Below, piece by piece: positions 12,801 to 24,800 of a DNA stretch of 64,000 bases. Positions within the stretch are counted from its first letter, which is position 1. Each line of letters opens with the position of its first letter. The DNA lies in NCBI GenBank assembly GCA_964036045.1, contig OZ038378.1, forward strand, positions 26,474,001 to 26,538,000. The letters are read 5' to 3'. The stretch is from Eutreptiella sp. 'Long Island Sound 2002' (Eukaryota; Protista; Euglenida). The notes under the pieces were generated by a model. The model ran no database searches, was not told the DNA's origin, and saw only the letters and a list, made by a program, of their open reading frames with translations. The position numbers and the translations under genes were made by a program.

Positions 12801-15800
12801 GCCGCAATACCGGTACTTCAAGCGGAAAAAACGAGGAAGGCATTGAAAAGCCCATTCTCTTTCAATTGGGTGGGAAATACACGCCATTCGTCCATTTCAA
12901 AAAATGGCCTACAATATTGGGTCAAACACACAAAGAAAATTCACAAAGAAAATTTGGAATCTATAGAGCGTGTCAAAAACTTCAAGACGCACAAGGAGTA
13001 CAAGATCACACCGATTCCAATCCTCAAAAAGTCAAACGCGCCACACGTCAACGAGTGCCCAATCATCAAGCACAAATTTGTCGAAGAGATCTGTGATGTT
13101 CGTGACAAAAGAGCGAATCATGCGCAAACACCGCCACCAAGGGCCAAAACAAAAAGGAAAGAGTGGGCACAACAATGAAAAAACATGAAGTGCCAAAAGG
13201 TTGAATGGGGGTTTGGTACACTTCCTTCACTAGGCACACACTAGAAGACCCAATTCCGTTCTAGCCTAGATGGCGCTAGAAGTCTAGAACGGAAAACAGG
13301 GGGGGTTACCCCCCCCCCCGTGGGGGTAAGTGATGGGTACTTTGAGGGGTCTAACTTGGACCCCCCCCCCCATCCGTACTTGGGGGCCCATGCTTTGTTT
13401 TTCGCAATTTCACTGTTTTCACCTGAATTCGGAGTGGAAAAAATTTCGTTCTAGCGGCGTTCTAGCAGCGTTCTAGCAAGCGGTGCTAGAACTCGCTAGA
13501 ACATCGCTAGAACGACGCTAGACCGATATATATTAATGCTCTGCCACTCCTCAAAGAGAAGCTGCCCCGGCTACCATGGCCAGCCGTGGCCAATCACAGG
13601 GTGGCGATGCTCAACCGGAGTCCCAGAGCGCCGGGTCCCCCCCCCCCCCTTGGGGGTACGACCTGACATCCAAAGGTCTCGGCCTCCACCCGGGATAGGC
13701 TGTTTCACTGGTGCAAAAAAATGACCACAAACCCCCAACAAATCTATATATTTCCGAAAACACCAATTTTCAACCAACACGTTTTTGGGGATTCCTCTTG
13801 TGACACCCCAACCCGCCCGGGGTTTCACTGTCACCTGTGAAACCCCGGGGTTAGGACTGTGCTGAACTACACTCTGGGCTATATTCAACCCCTTACGCCT
13901 GTCTACATACCCCCCTTGGGATGGTGGTGGTGGTTCATTTTCGCCGGGAGGGATTATATGAGCACCTAAGTGTGCTTACTAGTGCAGGGTAGTTTCAGTG
14001 TCAACAGTGAAACTCTGCCTTACTCCAGAGGATATGACATAGTATCAACGACTGGAGCACATAGCTGTAGGAACTTGATGACCGGAGATAGTTTCACTGT
14101 TGACAGTGAAACTGATTGTGATGCCGTTGCGTGCGTGTGTGTGTACTGAGAAAACGGTAAGGCATTAAGCCCTTTCACTGTTGGCACTACAACTATTTCC
14201 AAAACTGTGGTGTCTAGGGGTAAACAGGGAAAGCGGATAAAGTGAATTTTATTTTTTTGAAGATGCCTTTAAAAGTCGGAACCGGAAATATCGCCGGACC
14301 GTCGTCTGGTCCAATGGTTATAACCCTCGTCTCGTACCACTGGGGGGTGGGTTCGATTCTCACTAGATCCCCCATCCTAGCCACCCTGTGGCATACCACA
14401 CCAGTACATGGTCACCCACTAGACATGGTAAGTGCCCCGTTGCAGAGGGGGTACACTACTAGTACTACCAAACCGGTAGTTTTTAGACATGTTTTGTAGT
14501 ATATAGTTGACCATGTAGTGAGACACCAGATTTCTAGCCCTGGTTGTAGGAAAAGTACCCCACCAGGACTTGGAGGCATCAATAGAGTTGTACCACCCGT
14601 TATGTCCTTGTGGCTTCCCTGTGGATGTGGTGCATGGGGGGACAGTGGGGTGCCAGGTGAGGATCTCTTTGACGTTATGCCCCCCCCAATGTACTTGCAT
14701 TCACTCCATTGGGACTGCTTTCAGGTGGGAGGCATGCACAACACTAGATCACAAGGACTTTCACTGTCAACAGTGAAACCACTTGCAGCCACTTCCTGTT
14801 AGTACCACATGTTGTCTTTCCTCCTCTGCACAATTTTTGCTAGTCTGTTGTTGTATCTGCTGACACCTTCTCATCACTAACTTCCACTGGCAGCTGTGAA
14901 ACCACTGGTTGTCGTCTGCTTGTTCTGGCTGTATGTGATCTGCCTTTGACGCCTTAGAGGGCATTATGACTGACAACAGTGCCCCCCCATTCAGTCTACG
15001 AGACTTGAGCTCGGGGTTGTATGACGTCTTGGACCGTGTTGACATGTACCAAGACGGGGACTCACTGGTGGGGTGCGCTCTGGGGGGAGGACCACCTTTG
15101 ACTCTTGTGGAGATGGCCCTGGAGTTGCGTTTGAATCCTCGAACAAGACGAAGTATTGCGGAACTGAACCAGGACTGGCCGAGTCGTGGGTCTAAGCAAT
15201 GGCTATTGCGCTTCGTGCCTGATGGGTTCAAGCTCTTCCGCTGGCAGTCCCAACGCCATAGCATCACGTGGTAGCATTCCACGTAGGCGTGTAGCTGCTC
15301 CTGCATAGTCAGAAAAAAAGGAACTATAGTCACGACCACGGGGCGGTTGCTGGTGCTGGATCATCTTATCGGCTACAGCCCGGCGGTCTGCCTTGTCAGA
15401 CGCTTTGCTAGACAGGTAAAAAAGAGTGTGAAGGCTTTGGTGCAGTAGGATATCCTCTGACTGAACCAAGCTTGTTGAGTCCATGAGGGCAGGTGGAAAT
15501 TTGAAATTGTTTGGCCAAATGTTGGTACTTGTTACACAGGAGGCCTTAGGATTATCCTCCATCTCACTTGTTCTGATATCTACAAAGGGGGGCGTGCCTG
15601 AGGTCAAACAGTGCAACATGTTTTGCAACCTACCTTGCACCGTTTGGAAACATCCCAATGTTATATGGGGCTTCTGTTGGAACGTGGTTCCTTGTCGAGC
15701 CTTTCTGATGGTTGAAAACAGGGACTCATATTGCTCCAGTGTGGTAGCAATGAGATCATGCTTTGATGCTTTCACAAGACGAGACAACATAGATTCCCCT

Positions 15801-18800
15801 TTCTCTTCAACATGTGCAGTACCTGGCAATGCATCATGGAAGCAACTCCACAAAAGGAGAGCAATGCGGATAGTGTTTTTATAGTTGCCGTCACTACGTG
15901 TCGGCTTGATCTTCCGCAGCAAAAACAGGCTGCATTCTAAAACCTTGCGTGCTGCAACACCAATGTCAGAGGCCCGATGTCTCCAGGAGCAGTCACGCAC
16001 CATTATACCTAACTGCAAGACAGTAGGAACATAAGCCTGCAATAATTCCCGCAGGGCCTCCCGGCGCTCTTTCCATAGGGAAGTTTCACTGTCAACAGTG
16101 AAACTCCGGAAGCCATGGTCGAATTGAGACTGCAATGCGGGATACGCAAGGTAGCACGAAAGAATGAGCCTCTCCAGGACAATGAGAGCGGGGTCTTGGT
16201 ACACCCGTGTGGGAGTTGGATCCATTAAGAAGCAATCATACTCCAGGTAGATGAAAAAAAGGTTAAAAAGCCTTGTATAAAGCAATGACACACACCTTGT
16301 AAGCATTCCCAATCCCATAGACAGGGCATATGTCACGGAGCGCACCGCGTATTGGAGAAGCACCATGCTCCTTATTGTACACAACCTTTGCAACCCTCCA
16401 CCATATGTTCATGTCACAAAAGAATACCTTCACGGGGTTCCGGTTCCCAGGATTGTCTTGCAATAACCGGACCAACACGTCCCCCAATCCCGCCGTCTTG
16501 GTGACATTGATGTCCCAGAACCCGTATGGCTGCCATGATGAAGTCGTGGGGTTGCCCCGGCGAATATCCAATGGACAGCGAAGAAGACCAAGGGGCAGTC
16601 GATCCGATCCCAGATCCTGCACAACAGTCAAAAACTCAGTGACCGAGTCCCGCATATGCAGTGCCACGTCCTTGACCCGTGTTGTCAATTTCTCTGCGGA
16701 AGGCCACCAAGCGTAGCACATTCTCACCGACAGGCCTGTGAGGACAGCGACAGCAGTGCATGACAAAGAGATGTCCCGTGGTCCATCTGGATTTTTGCTG
16801 TACCGGCTCTTGCAAGACTGGCCTGCCCATGTCACATAGCATCCTTGTGTCATTTCTTGGCGGATCCGCTCTTGTGCAAGGGCAACCCGGTTGGCCAATG
16901 GTAATTCCCGATGGAGTATAAGCCCACTTCCCCGCAACTCAAGCCGCTATTCCTTGGTCAATGTTGTCATAACCCTTGTACTCGGGACCGTTCCTGCCAC
17001 TTTCATCGGCTTTGCCGAGCACCAGCATGGTACTGCTTAAGCACTTTCTTCCGAGCTATGTGCTCCGCCTCCTCAAAGGCTTCCTTAGCATTGCCAACCC
17101 CTTGTGCACCAATGAATGGAGCCCTTGCCCTAGCTGATTGGTGTTGAACAGAAGGTGGTGCAGTGTCAAGCCCGAGGGATTGGGGCATGTCATGGTACGC
17201 TCGGAGCGCCCTCCACATCTCCATATAGCAGTTATTGCACACAGTACCGGCCCCCTAGGCCCCTAGGCCTTGGGAACGGGCCAGCAACCTCTAGCGACGC
17301 CAGCCGACCCAGCCTCCTCCTCCATCTGCATGCACATGCGCCACCACCCACGCCCTCCCCATGCATTGCCAGGCGCAAAGGTGAGGGTATCCTCCCTCCT
17401 TTCTTCACAGGTGTACCTGCAGATGTGAAATTTGAGGGTTAGTGGATCAGGGGATTAACGGATTGCAGCACACCACCACAGAATGTCGAACACCTGCCAT
17501 CCAGCTACCTGGGCTTGCCCATGAGAGCCGCTGTGGTAGGCCACCGCCCTGGCAAGGTGGATACCCCATCAGGAAATGCAATTTATCTTTCTTTCTGCTT
17601 GTTGTGGTGCCCAACCAGAGGAGAAAACAGTGCATGTGTGTGTTCTAAAGCCAGTGGAAGATGATTCAAAAAACAAGCATGCAGTTTCACGCATTTGTGG
17701 GCAGTTTCGGATGTGGCTCTTGGGCCAACCGCATGGTTTGGATCCCTCCAGACAACCCTCTGCCTTGTCACACGGGAAGACCTTATGTTCCCTTTTGCCA
17801 CCCTGCACGACTACTGTCAATCACGTGAACTGTTGTCGTCCACACCTACGTCTGTGCAGTCGGCCAACGAAGATGGACGTGAGCTTATTTCACAAACTTC
17901 ATTGGCGAAGCTGAGACCTGCGGAAGAGGCTGCCCAAAAACAAAGCTGGGGCAGCCCACGGGAATCCGATGCGAGCATGCTTCAGTCAGTGGGGTCTGGC
18001 TCGCGGATGTCCTTTCGCTCTGGGTCCATCATGGCAAGTAGTGCGCCAAGCAGCCAAAGACGGTACGTGGCACATTCCAAATGTACCCTCGTTCCACACC
18101 GCTTTGCAGCCTCATACAAGTGAGGCTGCAACACTCACCAATCCTCCCCAACCCAAACCAACCCTAACTAACCCTATGCCGCCGTCGAAGACTTAAGAGG
18201 GTTGAGACGTGCTGGAAGAGGTTCAAAGAGAGTCAGAGAGGGATGAGGCTCCGGAGCGCCATGGAGAAGCAAAAGGTGGCACAGAGCCGGGCACGCATCC
18301 TTACATGGGACTGGCCATTGCAGGCCGGCGTGCGCTAATTGAAGGGCAACCCACAGCGGTTGGGAGGGTAGCAGATGTGAGCAGATGCGAGTAGAAAGGT
18401 AAACGGCGGAAGTTCACAGGAAACCATGGTGATCTTTGGGGACCGATAGTGGTATGGTGATGGTCATACCCACCACCGCCATGTTCAGCCTTTCAGTGTA
18501 CACTATCAGGGGCCACTGTCAAGGATGGTTGGAGAAATTGCAGAGGGCTTAAGGAGTGGGGGAAGTGGGGCTGTGGAGAGCGGCATACGCACAGGTACCA
18601 CGGACGATTTTTTTGCAGGTACGTCACGGCGTTCGTCCTGCCCTTGATCCGGCACGGGGCTGACCGCGTGTGGGCGCTGTGCGGCGGCATCCAGCGCATC
18701 CTCCTGCCGACAGACGTGGAGCTGTACATGCGGTTTCTGCACACAGACACGGCCAACCTCCCGTTTGATGTCCGCGCCTCCCTCGCAAACTACGGCGCCA

Positions 18801-21800
18801 TCGTGTTTGAGCAGGCTTTCGGACGGTTCCCTCACTCGGGAATGCTGATGTTCCACCACCTGCTGTTTCTGGCCTACTTCGAGGAGGACCTGCAGAAGAC
18901 CTTCACATTCCTGCGCTTCGTCGAGCACCAGCCGGTGTATTTTGACGTCCAATACTTCTCATTTAAAGTCCGGACGAATCTCGCCACCAAAATGGACGTT
19001 GAGGATTTGATGACCGCAAGCCTCCTTCGGAATGCCAGGCGCCACCACCGGAACGTTTTGGTACAGCTCGTGCAGTTCTGGCAGGCCCTGGGCGCCAAAC
19101 GGCCGGATATCAACCGCCTCAACATGATCTCGCGGCGGATCCACAAGCAGCGCCAGGACGCCCTGCAAAAGTTCTCGACGCTGCTGTCCGGCGCCACCAT
19201 CAACCCCGTCGTGTTCCGCCACTGGGGCCTGTTTGTGGAGACAGTGTTGGAGCAGGAGGAGGTGGCCAAGCGCATTTACATGGAGGCCCGCTTGCTGCAG
19301 GACACTGACGCAAGGAAACGTGAGTTCGCCAGGCAGCAGGTTGCAGGGAGGGATGACAGCATGGGTGCTTGTGGCGTGTGAGGTGCCGGGGGCAGGGGGT
19401 TGGCTTTACCATATTGAGAGAGTGATGGTGCAGCAGAAACCGCCGTAAATCATCGATGATGCGTGCCCCAGGCTACCTTTTACTGGTCTGGCTTCAGTCA
19501 TCCTGAACCAGGGATGACTGAACGGTTCTACATGGTTGTCTTTTCATGATTCTACGAGGGTTGTGCCACCGTAGCCTTGGTAATGCAGCTGTGCATTGCC
19601 GGGTACCGGCGGGTGCGCAGGTTGGAATCCTGCCCCAGGCTGCGTGTTACAGGTCCGGCTTCAGGGATATTGAATGTTGACGGAATGATTGTATTGAGCA
19701 ATGCACCACTGGAGCCTTGGTATTGCAGCGGTGCATCCTCCCCCGGCCTAGCTTCTTCTAGTTCAGCTTCAGGGATATCCATGTGGAACTGTTCCGTCAA
19801 CATTCAATATTCCTGAACCGGACCTGTAAAACACAGCCCAGGGCAGGATTCGGATCTACACACCCACCGGTACCCGGCATGCACCGCTGCATTACCAAGG
19901 CTACGGTGGTACTGCCCCCAATACAACCATTTGGAACTGTTCCGTCAACATACTCAGGAGGGATGTGTGCTGTTGTGGAACAGGGACTTCCACTGTCATG
20001 TGGCTACATCTTTCACTAACAGGTGTGCGATGAGAACGAGTCCGATGAGGAAGGGGCAGCGCTCAACCAGGCAAGTCATGAGGTCATGATGCCCGTGGAC
20101 GTGGCGCGCCAGAAGATTTCCACCGCCGAGCACAACAGCGTGTACCGGTTCGTGCGGGCCATCAAGCTGGGGTTCTTCATCCTCGTGCTGTTGCTGTGCG
20201 TCTCCTGCACCATCTTCGTCGTGTATAGCCAGGCGCTGGAGAGGGTCGTGCACCAGATCGATGAGTGCGCCAAGCTCCAGGTCAAGACTCAGCAGGCGGC
20301 CGCGTGGGGGGAGGCGAGGCACCTGCCGGCCCTCCGCGACCGCGTGGGGCTCAGGCCCACACTGGAGTCGACCACTCGTGACATCGCGAGCGCGCACGGC
20401 AGACTAGTCACGGGCGACCTGAGCACCAGCTTCGCAGATCACGTCGACGTTATCAACCGGCCGTGGGTGCCAGTCACGTACTACTACGGCTCGGGCCACG
20501 ACGGGCACCACTTCCACAAGATTCGCATCCGCTCCCTCAGCGACGCCGGCTACGACCTCGCTGCCGCCTCCAACCAGACCGTCCACGAAGTCGCCGGCAC
20601 GGTCATGTCCAGCGCTCAGATGTTCGTGGAGCGCAACGCGCCCAACATGCTCGCGCACGCGTTCAACCTGTCCAGCCAGGCGTACGTAGAGGACGCCGAG
20701 CACGCGTTGCAGGACCATCTGCTGCTCCAGCTAGTGCTCGGGCTGCTGGGACTGACTCTCATGCTCATGGTCTACTTGACGCAGAGCTGGGCCTTCACTG
20801 CAACGGTTGTGGAACAGCTCGTGGCCCTGCAGATGTTCACCCTTCTCCCCAAGTCGGACGTCAATGACCTGATGCTGTACGCGCAGGACCAGCTCCATTA
20901 TTTTGACGGGTTCGTCGGCGACGAGTTTGACAGCGACAACGAGTTGGACGACCCTGAGGAGCCGTCGACGAGCAGGAGGGAGGGGACGGAGAAGAAGCGT
21001 GTGGGGTTTGTGGAGCCAGGGTCCCCTCTGTCGCCTCAGAGCCCCAGGAGCGACTTTCATTCGTCACCTCAGAACTCCAGCAGCAGTGCAAGTTTTGCGG
21101 GTTCGGACGACACCGAGCTCATGTTGGAATCAAGCGAAGCCGGGAAAAGCTACACCGAGATTACCTGGAAAGCGCAGCTGTTGATCGTTCTGCTGTTGGG
21201 CATGCAATTCATATTGTCAGTTGTTGCCGCTGGACTCATCTTGACTATTTTCATGAACGGGGATATGATTGAGCAGAAGCTGGAGGTGCGGGCGTTGGCC
21301 CTGCACACAGCAGAGCAGCAACGGGAGCTGGTGATGTATCAGCTCCGTGAAGCTCGAGGTTTTGCCCAGTTTGGCGAGCATAAGCACTATGACAATTATT
21401 GGCGCAAGCACCACAGCGGTGAGCACGAGCGCATTTTGCGCCGCTTCGCCGAACTTAGAATCCCCAAAGAGGAGCAGCTGAAACTTGCGGAGTCCGAAGC
21501 GGCATTCGAAGAGGTGGTCGAAATCGAGAAGGTGTCAATGTATCTCACCATCAGGGCTTACAACCAGAGCATCAGTGATTACCCAGAGATGAGGGGATTC
21601 CAGTATGACATCAAACATGAGAGACCTTTCAATTGGCACAACTCCCATTTCAATGGCTTGTATTATACCAACACCGAGAACGACATGTCCCTCCCACAGA
21701 CGACTCTGCAGGCATTGTGCCGCAGCATTCTGTTCGATGCCAGGATGCAATATGAAACAAATGTGGCGCTGACGCCCATCAGTGAGTTTGAACAGCTGCT

Positions 21801-24800
21801 AGAGCGCCGTACGCTCAAAGACGTCCAGGGTGCGGAGGCCCTCATAAATCTGCTGTATGCATTGACGATGGTCGTCTTCGTTTGCTTGGCCGCCTCCTTC
21901 ACCATAATGCTCATCGGCCAACAGCGCATCCCGGCCCTGCGGCAGCTGCAGGTGCTGTGCTGTGTGGTGTCGGTGTCAGTGCTGGTGATGGTGTTGGTGG
22001 TGTTGGTTGTTCACAAGTCCGGTGCACGGGCTTTGTGGGATGGGGATAGTCTGTGCTGGAGGTGCGCATTAGCACTGTTTGGATTGATGCATTTTTTTTC
22101 ACCTTTTGAGCATCGGGATGCCGGTGATTTTCGGGTTGCTGTTGTTGGGCTACTTGTTAGTGGTTATCGTATGATGTTTTGTCTAGTGGTGTGTGCGGAT
22201 GTTCAGCATTCGTGTTGGATGCTCTGATGGTGTGTGTGTGGGGGGGGGGGTCTGGGAGGCTGTATTGTTCAAAACAACCCTCGGCTGCAGGTCTCCGTTA
22301 CCCCCCTGGTTGACATTTCGTCAGGTTGCAGTTTCTTTACGAGGCCGTGGACAGTCACCCGTTCTTCCCTCCACGTGCTGCATCGGGTCAATGCTTTCTG
22401 ACGGCGGCTGTGGCCGGTGTTCCTTGTGGTGTCATTTCCGTGTTAGCGGGGCCCACTAGTTGGCGCACTGGGGTTGTGCTGGTTGTTGCAAGTGTTGTTG
22501 TACGGCTTTTGCTGCCCACTCCCGTCCACGTCTAGGTCGTCCACCACATGCCTCGCCGCGTTTCCGTGTGCCTGAGGCCCAATTGCTGACCAGCTGGGGG
22601 CAGTGACAGTGCCCCCAGCCGTAGCGCCCTGCGTCCTCTACTGTGGGTTGTGGTCTGTCAGGAGGGGGGGGGGATTACCAGGCTATCGACCCATGGGACT
22701 GGTCTGGCCAGCCACGAGGGAGGAGCATTACCGCCCAAGTGGTGCAAGTAGTGAGCAAGGAAGGGGCGGTTACCACCGATCCCTTTGGAATGCCCTGTGC
22801 TGCAGGGAGGCGTTTGCTGCACAGTGCATATCAGCTGGACACAAACCGTCAAGGGTCAGCTCCTAATGAGCTACCGACTTGACAGCCGGCCTGTCTGCCA
22901 CCAATCAAGGAGCACAAAGAAGGGGTGGGTAAGCCGAAGGGTGCTGTGGCCGCGGCCCGCGACCACAGCGTACCCAAGCCTGGCTCTTGAGGGCGACGGA
23001 TATGTGTTTATCTTTGTGTTGTGTTGCGTTGTGTTGTGTTGTGTTGCGTTGCATTGCGTTGTGTTGTGTTGTGTTCTGTTGCATTTTGTTGCGTTCTGCT
23101 GTGTTGTGCTGGACCTCTGCAGGCCCTCCGCGTCCTCAACGTATCGAACGCGTTGGCTGCCATCCTGATGCTTGTACTGCTTGGGCTGGCGGCGTCCACC
23201 AGCAGCCGCTTTATTGAGACCCACCGCTGGAAGGAAAGGGGGTGGGCGCTGGCCACAGAGGCCCTGCACCAGGCGGATCTGATGACTGATGACGCGCGGG
23301 CGTTCGTGCAATTTGGAGACACGCGGGAGTACAACGCCTTCTGGGACCTGTTGAAGTCGGGCCAGAGGGAGCGCACGGTGGAGCAGCAGAAAGCGTTGGG
23401 GCTGACGGAGCAGGAGTTGGCCCTGGTGGAACATGCATACATCGAGGCGGAGCATCTGGCGCTGACGGAGGAGATTGCGATGAAGTTGACGGTGCAGGCC
23501 TTTGGACTGGATTTTGCCAATCATCCGGAAATCAAGAATCTGACGTGGAATTTTGCGAATGAGGCCAACCCGGAGCGGCAGCAACTGAAGTTTGTGACCC
23601 GGCCCATGTGGTACACCAATAACACGTATGACATGATGCTCCCCCCGGCGCAGCAAGCCCTGCTCGCACGGAACCTCATGTTTGACCTCAAGTACGAATA
23701 CGACCGCCGCCTCATTCGAGATCCGTTGGACGAGTTCTACCGACTCCTGGACGAGCGTGGCCTGCGGACTATCCATGGCTTGCAGGAGACTGTGCTGCTC
23801 GTGGCCAACCTGCTGGCAGGCGCCACCATGTTCTTTCTCCTTTCCTCCATATGTCTGGTGGTATATTTGGTGCAGAAGCTCTTGGACTATCGTGCAGAGT
23901 CCTCTTTAGACCCGGACCTGCAGAAGCTGGCCCGCCAGGACTTCGGCAACACGAAGCGGGGCGGCGCCATCGTGGCTCTCGTCACTGCCTTCTTCTTGTA
24001 CGCAGCGGTCTGCGGCTTTGCAATATTTTACCTTGTGATGTGGACCCACTACGCGGAAGACCTGCACAACGCAGCCACCCGCAACTGGTCTGCTCCTCTT
24101 TTCTTAGGGAGGTGAGAGAGGGGGTGACAGGACGGGGGGGGGGGGGGCAGCGACTAGGGAGCAGACTTGGGCCTAGCACTTGCCCCAGGCAACAATGACG
24201 GTTGTCCCCGCTGGTCCCCAAAAATCGCCTTTGCCTGTCCTCACGGGCCCCACACAACAGTGATACGTATGTTTGTGCACGTGCAGTTTCCTGTACCTGG
24301 GGTGTTGTTGGCGCGGTGTGTGCGTCCGCGACCCAATGCAGTGCCGGTTGTCCCCAAATAGTTACGCTTGTTCCCCTTCTCTAGCCAAGCGCTAGCACCA
24401 AGTCTGCTGGGGAGGGGATGTGGAGCAAGTGGGGGGCGACAGGGCTGCGGCAGGGGACTGATTCAGGGGGGGGGGGATGGGGGTGACAGGACAGAAAAGG
24501 TCCCTGATTTCCGGCCAGTTTGTTTTTCTCCAGGCTTGATCCAATGTGCTAGCTTCTTGTTTGCGTTGCCTGCTGCCGCCTCCCTGTACATACTGCCTGC
24601 CCCTTTGTGCACAGGCTGAGTGGTTGGTGCCTGCCAGTACCAGTTAGAGGTAGGGATAGTCGTCCTCCCTCCCTCCCGGCTAGTGGTAGGGCTACTTGTC
24701 GCCGTCCGGGCTAGGGGTGGGGTTATCCGTCTCCCTCCTAGTCAGGGGGTGGGGTTGCCAAGCTTCCTCCCCGTGAAGGGGCAGGGCTGTGTAGTTTCCC

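Noticed and set aside
13817-16105. 24-bp palindromes as a CRISPR array or integron attC cassette array
   Set aside because: Spacing is irregular (~100 bp to 1.2 kb). No Cas or tyrosine integrase gene is recognisable nearby.
21952-22227. C-terminal extension of the 734-aa ORF
   Set aside because: It follows a good CAG|GT donor, composition shifts to GT-rich intron-like sequence, and exon 5 continues the protein in phase.
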